The notes beneath the pieces are model-generated. The model worked only from the letters and a program-made list of their open reading frames with translations, ran no database searches and had not been told where the DNA came from. A stretch of DNA of 64,000 nt from a virus (Duplodnaviria; Heunggongvirae; Uroviricota; Caudoviricetes), in IMG/VR virus record IMGVR_UViG_3300045988_004821; one strand, given 5' to 3'. Within the stretch, counting starts at the first letter, position 1, and every line of letters starts with the position of its first letter. The position numbers and the translations under genes are program-made. This document shows positions 1 to 9,334 of this stretch, piece after piece.

Positions 1-49
1 GCCCCAGATAAAGAGCTTTACCACTAAATCCTAAACTGGAGATTCAAAA
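1..49 (+). promoter_or_regulatory. Partial copy of conserved early-gene leader cassette (CACTAAAT..CCTAAACTGGAGATTC..ATG)
   Basis: Shares the CACTAAAT / CCTAAACTGGAG / SD-ATG leader with four full copies at 928, 1496, 2090 and 2422. Confidence 0.5.
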
Positions 50-613
50 ATGAAATGCTATCACGGCACTACTCTGAAAAACTTTGTAAACCTGCTGAAT
101 GGTGGCGACAAGCCGGAAGGAATCTGGAACTGCTCCTACATGGATGATTGTTTCTACGTTTACCCAATGAACAAGATTATCAAAACGGAATGTTTGGAAG
201 ATGAGGAAGATTCTTACATTCGTGAACGCTGCATTCAAAACGCTTTAGAATCTGGGCTTATCACGGCAGCTTTCCAAATGGAAACGCAGGACGTAATTGT
301 CATTGAGATGGATATCCCAGAGGAAGAGCTAGAGGATGATTATTCTTGTGACAACATGAGCGATATCGCCAGCTTTACCGGACACTTTGATAAAGATTGG
401 ATTATTGGCCTTCACTCGACGAAATTTAGTGCGATGTATGCACCTTTCTTTGTACCAGATGCAACTAACCGCAATTTAGGCTATGTTGACGATGATTTGT
501 TAAGTATGGCGAAAATTGTACAGAATAGCGGTGATAGTTCCGTGTTTTGTGACCTGCTGGATAAAATCACGGCAAACATCACAGAACGCAATTTAAAAGA
601 CTTTTTAGGTTAA
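50..613 (+). CDS. hypothetical early protein (187 aa)
   Basis: ORF directly after conserved leader with GGAG Shine-Dalgarno; no recognisable motif. Confidence 0.55.
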   Translation: MKCYHGTTLKNFVNLLNGGDKPEGIWNCSYMDDCFYVYPMNKIIKTECLEDEEDSYIRERCIQNALESGLITAAFQMETQDVIVIEMDIPEEELEDDYSCDNMSDIASFTGHFDKDWIIGLHSTKFSAMYAPFFVPDATNRNLGYVDDDLLSMAKIVQNSGDSSVFCDLLDKITANITERNLKDFLG

Positions 614-676
614 TCAGTACAAAGACACCAACTTCCAACTTAAGGCCCATACAGGGCCATTTAAAGGGCTTAAATC

Positions 677-910
677 ATGCTTACAACCGTTTATCTTATC
701 CTTTCTATTTGTAATGGTCATTCATGTGATTTTAAAGGGCTTGAGGAGTTTACAGGGAGTAAAGAAAATACTATTCAAGTTTGCCAGATAGCAAGACAAG
801 ACTATCCCGCCAGTGATGATATTCAATGCTACTTTAAGACAGAAGATGAAGACGGCGTCTATTTTGACAGTGTCGATGGTCAATATGAAATTATCATTGA
901 AAAAGACTAG
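677..910 (+). CDS. hypothetical protein (77 aa)
   Basis: Small ORF in same orientation; upstream hairpin GGCCCATACAGGGCC. Confidence 0.4.
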   Translation: MLTTVYLILSICNGHSCDFKGLEEFTGSKENTIQVCQIARQDYPASDDIQCYFKTEDEDGVYFDSVDGQYEIIIEKD

Positions 911-927
911 ACAAGCCTGATAAAAGT

Positions 928-1001
928 CTGTAAACTGTCAATCAACGGGGAGGGAATGACCTTCCCCACTAAATAAAGTCCTTAAACTAGGAGATTCTAA
1001 A
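928..1001 (+). promoter_or_regulatory. Conserved leader cassette copy (hairpin GGGGAGGG-AATGA-CCTTCCCC + ACTAAATAAAGTCCT + SD)
   Basis: Near-identical ~75-bp element ends at the ATG of the next ORF; 8-bp stem with one G-T wobble. Confidence 0.6.
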
Positions 1002-1343
1002 ATGGCTTATGTAACTGTAATTACCGATAAAGAAGATTCATCTTGGTCAACTCAAGTAAGTGATAAGATGTCACCTATGCAGTGCCTAAAATACTTTGAG
1101 CAGTGGAACAAAGGCGAGGATGTCAGCCCCTTTCAAGTGATGCAAATCATCCATACAGATAACGAAGGGCACAAAACGACACTTAATAGCGAGTATTATG
1201 CAAATCGTTTTGAGAGTCGAGTTGAAACGATGAAGGGGCTGCGTGAGGCCGGATATGGGCACATTGCCGCCTTGTTATGGGATAGCCTACTAAAAAATCA
1301 GCGTATCAGCTATGTAAAACCTGAAAAAATATTCATCAGTTAA
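1002..1343 (+). CDS. hypothetical early protein (113 aa)
   Basis: ORF immediately after leader cassette and SD. Confidence 0.55.
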   Translation: MAYVTVITDKEDSSWSTQVSDKMSPMQCLKYFEQWNKGEDVSPFQVMQIIHTDNEGHKTTLNSEYYANRFESRVETMKGLREAGYGHIAALLWDSLLKNQRISYVKPEKIFIS

Positions 1344-1375
1344 TCAATAACTTACAAAAAACTTTTAAAAAAGTG

Positions 1376-1404
1376 TTGACAATACCCCTTGACATTGGTA
1401 ACTT
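1376..1404 (+). promoter_or_regulatory. candidate sigma70-type promoter (TTGACA-17-TAACTT) with A-rich upstream tract
   Basis: TTGACA at 1376-1381, 17-bp spacer, TAACTT; a second TTGACA lies inside the spacer (tandem box). Confidence 0.35.
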
Positions 1405-1495
1405 TGTTCGAGGGGGTTTATCTAAAAGGGATTCACTTAAAAGATTCTTTATAGATAAGCTCAAAAAAATTACTTGCAATCAACTATCAAAACAA

Positions 1496-1564
1496 GTAAA
1501 TTACTAATCAACGGGAAGGCAATAACCTCCCCACTAAATAAAGTCCTAAACTGGAGATTCTAAA
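1496..1564 (+). promoter_or_regulatory. Conserved leader cassette copy (variant hairpin GGGAAGGC..CCTCCCC)
   Basis: Same leader architecture; stem sequence differs from the other copies but pairing is retained. Confidence 0.55.
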
Positions 1565-2095
1565 ATGAACAAATTTCAAGCTATCAACTTCATTCGTTCA
1601 AATGCTGTAATGTCTAAGCCTGTAAAAGACACATACGAATTCCGTTGTGATGGGGTACATTTCGCAACAATCACCAAATCAGAAAACGGGGCTTATTACG
1701 TTCATCGTCGTAATGTTTCAACCGTTGTAGTCTCTCACTTTATGCAAGCTGTAGCAGAATTATTACCGTTATTCTTAGAGATTTACTTAGATGAGTGTAA
1801 AAACGTTCACAACCACGTTAAAAACCTTTTAAACGGTTATAAAATGGCTTATGAACGTTCTATCAAGTCACTAAACAAGTTTTACAATGCACCTGCAAAT
1901 ACTGTTTCAATGGCTTATGATGTAAACGGTGAGTTAGTTAGTCTCTTTAAAGTGGAAGAAATTAAACTGTATAATCTACGTCCTAGTGGTTACTCTAAGA
2001 CTCTTGGTGAAGGTTTAACGTTCAATATCAAGAACTTAGAAAAAACTTTAAAAGATATTGAAAAAGATATTGACGAGACAATAAAAAGCCTGTAA
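1565..2095 (+). CDS. hypothetical early protein (176 aa)
   Basis: ORF after leader cassette. Confidence 0.55.
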   Translation: MNKFQAINFIRSNAVMSKPVKDTYEFRCDGVHFATITKSENGAYYVHRRNVSTVVVSHFMQAVAELLPLFLEIYLDECKNVHNHVKNLLNGYKMAYERSIKSLNKFYNAPANTVSMAYDVNGELVSLFKVEEIKLYNLRPSGYSKTLGEGLTFNIKNLEKTLKDIEKDIDETIKSL

Positions 2096-2161
2096 ATTGT
2101 CAATCAACGGGGAGGGAATGACCTTCCCCACTAAATAAAGTCCTAAACTGGAGTTATCAAG
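2090..2161 (+). promoter_or_regulatory. Conserved leader cassette copy
   Basis: TGTAAATTGTCAATCAACGGGGAGGGAATGACCTTCCCCACTAAATAAAGTCCTAAACTGGAG then ATG at 2162. Confidence 0.6.
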
Positions 2162-2425
2162 ATGGAAAACGTAGAATTAACCACACTTTTACAAATTGCA
2201 ACTGACAAAGAAGATGTAGCACTGTTTCACCGTATCGAAAGCGATTTATTCAATGGTGAAATCATCAAAGAATCTTATGAAGTTGTCGGATTCAAAGATG
2301 GTAAAGCGTTTGGCTTTTTTGACCTCGACAAAGGCAACGCTGTTACAAAATATGATGTTTTATCTTGTGAGATTCTTACAAGATACAACGAAAAAAGGCT
2401 TGCAACATACGCCAATATGCAGTAA
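2162..2425 (+). CDS. hypothetical early protein (87 aa)
   Basis: ORF after leader cassette. Confidence 0.5.
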   Translation: MENVELTTLLQIATDKEDVALFHRIESDLFNGEIIKESYEVVGFKDGKAFGFFDLDKGNAVTKYDVLSCEILTRYNEKRLATYANMQ

Positions 2426-2505
2426 ATTACTAATCAACGGGGAGGGAATGACCTTCCCCACTAAATAAAGTCCTTAAACTACTTCCTAAACTGGAGAATC
2501 TAAAA
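2422..2505 (+). promoter_or_regulatory. Conserved leader cassette copy (with internal CCTAAACT duplication)
   Basis: Same hairpin and leader; ATG at 2506. Confidence 0.6.
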
Positions 2506-2754
2506 ATGGCAACTATCCGCGCTACTGTTAACGAGTTCGGTTTTTCCTCTCTGGATGTTAAATTTGACATTGCAGGCACTGATAACGCCTTTGAAATGGT
2601 GAAAGGTCTTATCAGTCAGACCATCAAAGATTATAATCCTTCGGATGAGTTCTGGGAGGAAACAAAACAAGAAGTTCTCAAGGATGGTTATACTTATCAC
2701 TATTGGGGAGAAAAAATTGTCTCCCTGTACTACAACAAACAAGATTATAACTAA
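2506..2754 (+). CDS. hypothetical early protein (82 aa)
   Basis: ORF after leader cassette. Confidence 0.5.
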   Translation: MATIRATVNEFGFSSLDVKFDIAGTDNAFEMVKGLISQTIKDYNPSDEFWEETKQEVLKDGYTYHYWGEKIVSLYYNKQDYN

Positions 2755-2792
2755 TCGACGCAGCGGGGCTAAATAGCCCCAGATACCTGAAC

Positions 2793-2817
2793 AGCCCCTT
2801 TAAATAGGGGCTTTTTT
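2793..2817 (+). terminator. rho-independent terminator (AGCCCCT..AGGGGCT + TTTTTT)
   Basis: GC-rich hairpin followed by T-run just after the 2754 stop; a second hairpin GGGGCTAAATAGCCCC lies at 2765-2780. Confidence 0.7.
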
Positions 2818-2820
2818 ACG

Positions 2821-4400
2821 TCTATCCAATCCTTATACAATCCCTTTCCCTTTCCTTTCCAGAATCTTATCAGACCTTAAAAGCAATAACTCTATAGTCC
2901 ACTCTATAACCTTTTATCAAATCAACTTAAATATAAGCCCATAACCCGAAAGGGAAGGGCAACCCCTTAAACGCTCTATAACGCCCTATAACAGCCTTAT
3001 CAACCTAACTTAAGGGGTTGCATTAACTCACCCTAAAAAGCCCTTCCTAGAGCTTCCCAGAGACTTAAAAGAATCTTATAAGGGTGTAAGCTTTATCATC
3101 TCATTAGTATTCTTGTGAATATCTAAAAAGGGTTTGTTAGTGTCTTAAAAGTATGTTATAGGGGGCTATAAAGTTGCTTAAAAGTTACGTAAAAGAGGCT
3201 ATAAAGTTACGTAAATGCTAGCCCCCTTAACATTTTCTTAACAATTTCTTAACAATCCCTACATAGTTATGCTTGTTAGAGACTTGTTAGCCCCTTGTTA
3301 AATCTCTGTTAAGACCACGTAAAAGCCTTGTAAGAGTCTTTGACATAGCCTTAAAAGCTCCTGTAAAGCTCTATAAAGAGGTGTCTGTACAGTTGGGGGG
3401 ATAGATACTAGGAAGAGACTTAAAAGAGCTTATAAAGAGCTATAGAGAGCTTTTAAGAGGTATGTTTAAGAGTTCACTAAGAAGGGAAAGGGAACGATAA
3501 GAAAAGAGTAGTGACCATGTTAATAGCTTGTTAAAAAGATTAAACACTTGTTAGAAACTTGTTAATTACCTTAACAAAATAACTCTTTAAAATTAACTTG
3601 TTAGCTCTTGTTAGTCATCTGTTAAGATTCTGTAAAGCCCTATTAAGTCTTGTTAGAAAACTGTTACAACCTTGTTAGACTTGTTAAGAATCTGTTAAGA
3701 CCTTTGAAGAGTTGTTAAGAAGATGTGAGAACTGTTAAGAGATTGTTAAGGATATTTTAAAATTTTGCAAAGTACTTGTAAGGGAGCTGTTAAGGGCTAC
3801 CAAGCAGATATACATCTTCTACAGATATTTTTCAGTTCCTTCAAAGACCCTAAAAAATGACTTGATAGTCCTATTTTATAAAAATTTTAAGATTCTGAAT
3901 AATTACCTATACAGCCTTTTAAAAATACAGGTAGAAACAGGCTTATAAGATACCTTGTTAGTACCGTGTTAGACCTTGTGAGATAAGGTCTGTAAAGATA
4001 TTCCTGTTAAGTTTGTTAAAACAGTCTATATAGAGGCTTAGTAGTACCTAGTGAACACCTATAGAGAGTAACATAGCTAACCTAGAGATTAAGAGGTGTA
4101 TAGGAGCTTCTAAGAGGGTATAGAGAGATGGTTAAGATGATTGTATAGGTTGTTTAGAAGGCTTGTTAGAAGAGTGTTTAGATGGCTATTTAGAAGGGCT
4201 ATACAGAGGGCTATTAAGACCACTAGATAGTTACTAAGATACTATATAGTACTATATAACTATATAGAGAGTAAGATTAAGAAGGTTGTTAAGAAGGATA
4301 GATATTTTATTCACATATGATGGTGACCCAGAGGTTGGGACAACCGATAAAATTTTATAAAAATTAAAAAGCCCCCAATTAAGGAGGCTCTTAAGATATT
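2821..4400. repeat. ORF-free AT-rich region with dense arrays of short motifs (CTTGTTAG, CTGTTAAGA, CTTAAAAG, CTATAAAG, TTTAGAAGG), many at 11-12 bp spacing
   Basis: No ORF of 60 aa or more on either strand across 1.6 kb; more than 17 TTGTTA-type motifs in 3520-3790 alone. Confidence 0.6.
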
Positions 4401-5024
4401 TTAAATCAGTGTTTCCAGAACTGTCTTCAGTGATGACTTGGTTGTCTGATAAAAATGAGTAAATCCATTGTTGTTATCGAATATCTGCATCATGATATCA
4501 TCACCCTTGATTGGGTAAACTCGGATATCATAGTGAAAACCATTAAAGACACAAGAACCACTACAGAATGCTCTAAAGTCATCCACTGAGATGTACTCTT
4601 CATGACCTGTGATTTTTATACAAACACCTTTACTCGGTCTCTTAGGGTTGATATCTTCCATCACAGACATACTCTGTCCACCAAGAGATACCATAGTGAC
4701 CACTTTACGGTTCTTCTGTTTAAAGTACATCTTAACTTTCTGCAAAGTGTCTTCATAGAACGGATAAGACCTTTCTACAAAGATTCCTTCAAGTGGCTCT
4801 TTACCATTTTCAACTTCTCTGTTATGCCGTACTGCAAAGATAATTTGTTCGAACCAGTCAAGATTTTCTTCGGAGAGTGCTTCCCGAATATCACTCCAAT
4901 CAAGAACTAGATAGTTACCTTCAACTTCTTTTAAGTTATCTTTTTCCATATCTATCACACCATTATCGTAAAACTTGATATTCTGGTACTGCGAATTTAT
5001 TACTATTGTTCTTGATGAGGTCAT
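4401..5024 (-). CDS. hypothetical protein (207 aa; start may be the internal Met giving 4401-4949)
   Basis: Minus-strand ORF; overlaps upstream gene by 62 nt if the first ATG is used. Confidence 0.5.
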   Translation of the reverse strand: MTSSRTIVINSQYQNIKFYDNGVIDMEKDNLKEVEGNYLVLDWSDIREALSEENLDWFEQIIFAVRHNREVENGKEPLEGIFVERSYPFYEDTLQKVKMYFKQKNRKVVTMVSLGGQSMSVMEDINPKRPSKGVCIKITGHEEYISVDDFRAFCSGSCVFNGFHYDIRVYPIKGDDIMMQIFDNNNGFTHFYQTTKSSLKTVLETLI

Positions 5025-5427
5025 CCTCTGAAACTAAAAATGTAATACCACATAAGTGTCTGTAACGACTATCATACTCGAATATCTTAAACAGATATTT
5101 ACCATCATGATAAACCTGTTGCACTTCACCTTCTGCAACAATCTCACCTGTAATAAAATTTTTTAGTTTATACACATTACCAACTTTAGGTACTGTTTTC
5201 ATCTCAGGCTCTTTTAGTGCTACACCTATTTTTGCATCACCGAGTAAATGAGAACTTTCAAAAGCTACGTGTTTCATATAAGCTTCTGAGCATTCCCAGA
5301 TAAAACAATGTACAAGAACCTTAGCAGCATGTCTTGAACAGTTCAACTTATCACAAATTTCTGTGTACATCTCATCTTTAGTCGAGTTGTCAAGCATTGC
5401 TCTTTGCACTATCTCTTTTACTTTCAT
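4963..5427 (-). CDS. hypothetical protein (154 aa)
   Basis: Minus-strand ORF in tightly packed operon. Confidence 0.5.
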   Translation of the reverse strand: MKVKEIVQRAMLDNSTKDEMYTEICDKLNCSRHAAKVLVHCFIWECSEAYMKHVAFESSHLLGDAKIGVALKEPEMKTVPKVGNVYKLKNFITGEIVAEGEVQQVYHDGKYLFKIFEYDSRYRHLCGITFLVSEDDLIKNNSNKFAVPEYQVLR

Positions 5428-5845
5428 AAGCTCTCCGAATAACCCTATTAAGCATCTCTAAAGTCAGCTTTCCAGATTCTAAATGTGGCATAACAAGCTT
5501 TAAAGCTTTTTCAACATCATGCACAACATCTATTATACCTTCCGCGTAGGCTTCTACAAGGATATCTTTTACATTTTGTGATTTACCTTTTTGTGGTATC
5601 ACTAGACGCATATCAAACTCATTTGCTTGAGGATGGTTCTTACCACGCCAGAAACCGTCCTTATCAAAGCTTATAAAGTTATCCTCATTAAAATTAATAC
5701 CACAAACCTTAAACTTATCTAAAACTATGCAGTTGAGAGGGTAATCATCACTTGCATCATTCATTCCAAGAAACTTAACAGTAGCTATATACCTCTGTGT
5801 CTTTGAATCTACAATGTCAAGTTCTTTACCTATGTACTCTTTCAT
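5390..5845 (-). CDS. hypothetical protein (151 aa)
   Basis: Minus-strand ORF. Confidence 0.5.
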   Translation of the reverse strand: MKEYIGKELDIVDSKTQRYIATVKFLGMNDASDDYPLNCIVLDKFKVCGINFNEDNFISFDKDGFWRGKNHPQANEFDMRLVIPQKGKSQNVKDILVEAYAEGIIDVVHDVEKALKLVMPHLESGKLTLEMLNRVIRRAYESKRDSAKSNA

Positions 5846-5848
5846 CTC

Positions 5849-6121
5849 TTAAATCCTATCAATTTGAAACTCTTCAGGTAACTCAGCCACCACTTTTAAA
5901 TAGTAAGCATCAGAGATTGTATGCTTTGTCTCATAGCTACCATTCTTAATCCAGTTATAATTTTCTGGTATTCCATCATCATTACAAAAACCTGAGTACA
6001 TAATTGCTCTGTGGATTATATTTTTATTAGAGTATGCAACATCTACAATATAGTATGTTTTTTCTTTCCAACCACCTTCAGGTTTACAAATACCTGAGAT
6101 ACCCTCTAATTCTGGTGTCAT
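5849..6121 (-). CDS. hypothetical protein (90 aa)
   Basis: Minus-strand ORF. Confidence 0.45.
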   Translation of the reverse strand: MTPELEGISGICKPEGGWKEKTYYIVDVAYSNKNIIHRAIMYSGFCNDDGIPENYNWIKNGSYETKHTISDAYYLKVVAELPEEFQIDRI

Positions 6122-6174
6122 TTCACTACCTTCTAAGTTTCTACAAAGGGGCTATCAAGTAACCCCTTAATCTA

Positions 6175-6399
6175 TTACTCAGACTTTTCAGTCTTCTTAT
6201 CGGATTTCTTACTGGTCTTCTTCTCAGCTTTCTGTTCAGGTTCCTTCTCAGAAGTTGCCTTGATAAACATATCAAGAAGCTCTGATAAGTCACTTTTCAG
6301 CAAAGTAACAGGCTGCTCATTGTAGAAGTTTTTGTCAAGATAAACTTTGAACTCTTCTATAGAAGGAAATCCAAAAATTGGTACAGGTGTCTTAATCAT
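6175..6399 (-). CDS. hypothetical protein with lysine-rich C-terminal tail (74 aa)
   Basis: C-terminus KAEKKTSKKSDKKTEKSE. Confidence 0.4.
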   Translation of the reverse strand: MIKTPVPIFGFPSIEEFKVYLDKNFYNEQPVTLLKSDLSELLDMFIKATSEKEPEQKAEKKTSKKSDKKTEKSE

Positions 6400-6475
6400 T
6401 ACTTAGTCTCTCCATAGGCATCTTTCAAGATTGCCTTGTTAATCATTTCAGCGATTGCAAAACGAACACATACAG

Positions 6476-7009
6476 CTATAATTGTAGGTTGCATTCTTTA
6501 CTTACCTCTTCAAGTTTAATCTCCGAGTCCTTAAGTCGTTTCTTATGAACTCTGAATCTCATTAGTGAGATGATGATACCAACTAAAGGAACAGCATACA
6601 AGTACCAAACATCATATACCTTTGCAGTAATCTGTGTAATAGTCAAGTCTTGAGCTATGTAGCTGATTGCTGATACGGCTAGTAATGTTGCTAAGAAGAA
6701 AACCAGTATCATAACAATATTCAGACAACCTCTGGCATGGTATTCATGCTTAATGCACTTATTCTTTTCGTCAACAACCCTGTTGTAGTCATTTGTAAAG
6801 TCTCTGTAGAAAGCTTTCAAGTATTCTTGAGTGTAGCCTTCAAAGCAACCTGTACCGTACCAATAATCACCACCAAAGTGTGCTATGATACCGGTATCCC
6901 CATTCGGTTTGGTTACTCTCAAAGAGGTGTGATGACGAGTATCTTGATAGTCTATTTTGTATCTTTCTTCATAAATCATTTTCCAATCCCTCTCAGTCGT
7001 TTGTTCCAC
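6476..7009 (-). CDS. hypothetical membrane protein (177 aa)
   Basis: Hydrophobic segment LNIVMILVFFLATLLAVSAISYIA. Confidence 0.5.
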   Translation of the reverse strand: MEQTTERDWKMIYEERYKIDYQDTRHHTSLRVTKPNGDTGIIAHFGGDYWYGTGCFEGYTQEYLKAFYRDFTNDYNRVVDEKNKCIKHEYHARGCLNIVMILVFFLATLLAVSAISYIAQDLTITQITAKVYDVWYLYAVPLVGIIISLMRFRVHKKRLKDSEIKLEEVSKECNLQL

Positions 7010-7194
7010 TCAATGTCAACAAGTCTTTGCAGGACTTTCCCTCTAGGTGTTACACCTTTTAAATCTGCATCGTAGCAACGGTAAAAGTCACCTTCAGCGT
7101 GTTTACTATAGCATTTTCTGATATTCTGACTTCTACGATATTGCTCTAATAGGGACAGCTTGTAGTAATCTTCAACTGTAGTTAGTTTTTTCAT
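6976..7194 (-). CDS. hypothetical protein (72 aa)
   Basis: Small minus-strand ORF. Confidence 0.35.
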   Translation of the reverse strand: MKKLTTVEDYYKLSLLEQYRRSQNIRKCYSKHAEGDFYRCYDADLKGVTPRGKVLQRLVDIEWNKRLRGIGK

Positions 7195-7277
7195 TCTTTC
7201 ACCACGTATCTTCTCAAGAAACTAAAAAGGGAACTACCTCTCGATAGCTCCCATCATAGTTAATGTTGTATATTTGG

Positions 7278-7859
7278 TCAAGAGTATTTTTTAGGCAGTA
7301 ATGCACTGCGCTTGTTCCTCTCTTCACTCAATAGTGCGATAAATTCGTCGCCTTTACCTTTCCACGGGCTGAATGAAGGGATATGCTCACGAATAGCCTC
7401 AATAACCGTCTTAAGTGCTGTATTTTTCATCCACCAATCAGAATCTGCTGATGCCACTACGTAGAATCCACCTTCATCAGTCAGAATTGGCTCTGAGATA
7501 CATGGAGAAATCAAAGTTGTGACGATTGAACCATTGTTCATGTAGTATGTACGCTTAATAACCTTTTCAAGAAGCTTGTGGAGGTCACCAAACAGTGTGA
7601 CAAGCTCTTTATGGTCAATGTCTTTTTCGAGGCTTGCTCGATACTTCAATAGCGCAGCATCAACCTCTCTGTCATTAAACTTGAAGTATTGTACTTCATC
7701 AACAAGGCAAACACTGATATTGTTGACATTCATAGTCAACTTACAGACTTTTGCAGGAGAATTGATACTTGGTTGAAAAAGTGCAACACAACCTTCAATG
7801 TTCCCAAAATGTTGGACTAGTGTTACTTGTGGGGTAATATTCTGTTGCTCTTCGGACAT
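7278..7859 (-). CDS. hypothetical protein (193 aa)
   Basis: Minus-strand ORF. Confidence 0.5.
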   Translation of the reverse strand: MSEEQQNITPQVTLVQHFGNIEGCVALFQPSINSPAKVCKLTMNVNNISVCLVDEVQYFKFNDREVDAALLKYRASLEKDIDHKELVTLFGDLHKLLEKVIKRTYYMNNGSIVTTLISPCISEPILTDEGGFYVVASADSDWWMKNTALKTVIEAIREHIPSFSPWKGKGDEFIALLSEERNKRSALLPKKYS

Positions 7860-8203
7860 TACAGTTTCCTCATTAAATACTTTTTAAGTTGTGTGTTAGG
7901 TTTCTCAAAAACTTCTACAGAAGATATCTTGACAGCTTCACCACGCATACCTGTATGCTTGAATATATAGTACTCTAACATCCCTATGTACTTCGCTGGT
8001 AAATCATGTTTGACATACACCGTTACAGAATCTTCAAATTCAACAACCTTTGTACCATCCTTGTAGTTAAACTCTTTAGGATGGTCGTAGTTGTCGATAT
8101 CGTACATTAAAAAGAGTCTTTTCCGTTGCATGTCAAGCTTGTTGGTTAAAGACTCTTTGATATCTGAGAAGTTTTTGTAGACTACGACATGGAGCTTACT
8201 CAT
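7859..8203 (-). CDS. hypothetical protein (114 aa)
   Basis: Stop/start abutting neighbours. Confidence 0.5.
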   Translation of the reverse strand: MSKLHVVVYKNFSDIKESLTNKLDMQRKRLFLMYDIDNYDHPKEFNYKDGTKVVEFEDSVTVYVKHDLPAKYIGMLEYYIFKHTGMRGEAVKISSVEVFEKPNTQLKKYLMRKL

Positions 8204-8489
8204 CGTTAAACTCTCTGACGAAGAAATAGTTGACTTTGTTGTTACCTACCATAAGGTCAAAGCAGGTATTCTCAAAAGGCTTGTTGTAGGCATCGTATGA
8301 AGTGTACGTATCAGCTACTTGTTTAGTATTGAGCTTTTTACTTGATGGGTTTAAGAGGCCACCATACAGCTTCTTGATAGCCTCTTCTACAACAGACCAG
8401 ATAATTTCGTCAGTAATTTCTTCGTACAGGTCAAGTTCACGCTCTAGTGAGAAGTCACAAATAGGGAAGATAACCTGTACTTTACTCAT
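8196..8489 (-). CDS. hypothetical protein (97 aa)
   Basis: Overlapping start/stop with neighbours. Confidence 0.45.
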   Translation of the reverse strand: MSKVQVIFPICDFSLERELDLYEEITDEIIWSVVEEAIKKLYGGLLNPSSKKLNTKQVADTYTSYDAYNKPFENTCFDLMVGNNKVNYFFVREFNDE

Positions 8490-8884
8490 TAACGAATCAC
8501 CTGTGAGACTTGAATTGCTTCAGTTACTGACAAGTCACCTACCTTCTCTTCTTTAATAAAAGTGAAGGTAAGTTCAACAGGTTCTTGCTCTTCTTGCTCA
8601 ACTGGAACACCATTAAGCTCATCAAAGATTGATTGAGTTGTCCAGTCTTCTCCACCATCTGGATAGTGGATTGCATAAAGAGGAAACTCTAAATTATACC
8701 AAGCGAAAACAGGACAACCATCTGCATCATCTCGACATCTGTGGAGATATGTATTCGTACCTTCAAAATGCAAATGAAGATTACCATTCTTCTCAAAGAG
8801 AAGAGCATCTTGCAGGTCTAATTCTTCATTTTCACTGTAACGACTGACATCAACTTTAACGTGGATATGACTGCTATTATTCAT
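8489..8884 (-). CDS. hypothetical protein (131 aa)
   Basis: Minus-strand ORF. Confidence 0.5.
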   Translation of the reverse strand: MNNSSHIHVKVDVSRYSENEELDLQDALLFEKNGNLHLHFEGTNTYLHRCRDDADGCPVFAWYNLEFPLYAIHYPDGGEDWTTQSIFDELNGVPVEQEEQEPVELTFTFIKEEKVGDLSVTEAIQVSQVIR

Positions 8885-9275
8885 AAAAACCTCTCTCTGC
8901 TTGTTCGATTTTTGCTCTTAAAGCTTCACAATGTTGTAAATGATAGTTAGCTTCTTGTTCATGTGTTGCTAACTGCCTTTCAAGAACAGTTTTATAATAA
9001 CTTGCGAGTTGCTCTTTTGTCAATGGGTGCTCTGAAATAATATCAAGTCCACTTTCACCAAGAGGATTGAATTGTCCATGTTCGTTGACATTGTAAGTCT
9101 CAAACTTGAACAGGCCATTGTTCACAGACTCAATAGGTGACAATTCAACAAGCTCTACAGTAAACCGTGTATATACCTTGTCACCTCTTGAAACCACATT
9201 GTTTCCGACAATGCGTACAAGCGAGCCATTACGAGTGTACTTAAAAGTACCAAAGTCACTAGCCCAAAGTTTCAT
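8877..9275 (-). CDS. hypothetical protein (132 aa)
   Basis: Minus-strand ORF. Confidence 0.5.
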   Translation of the reverse strand: MKLWASDFGTFKYTRNGSLVRIVGNNVVSRGDKVYTRFTVELVELSPIESVNNGLFKFETYNVNEHGQFNPLGESGLDIISEHPLTKEQLASYYKTVLERQLATHEQEANYHLQHCEALRAKIEQAERGFYE

Positions 9276-9294
9276 GGTTTTCTCCTTAGAAAAT

Positions 9295-9324
9295 AAAAAA
9301 AAAAAAAAGGCTCCCGAAGGAGCC
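9295..9324 (-). terminator. rho-independent terminator on minus strand (GGCTCCTTCGGGAGCC + U-run)
   Basis: Plus strand shows A14 then GGCTCCCGAAGGAGCC just downstream of the lysozyme gene. Confidence 0.65.
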
Positions 9325-9334
9325 TATGAAGATA

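Noticed and set aside
928-1001. Resemblance of CCTTCCCCACTAAATAAAG to T3/T7-type single-subunit RNA polymerase promoters (CCCTCACTAAAGGGAGA)
   Set aside because: The GGGAGA initiation region is absent and no phage RNA polymerase gene is present in the window; treated as coincidental partial similarity inside the leader cassette.
2821-4400. Possible CRISPR array suggested by the many short repeats
   Set aside because: The repeats are 8-10 bp degenerate motifs at ~11-bp spacing, not 25-40 bp direct repeats separated by unique spacers, and there are no cas genes.
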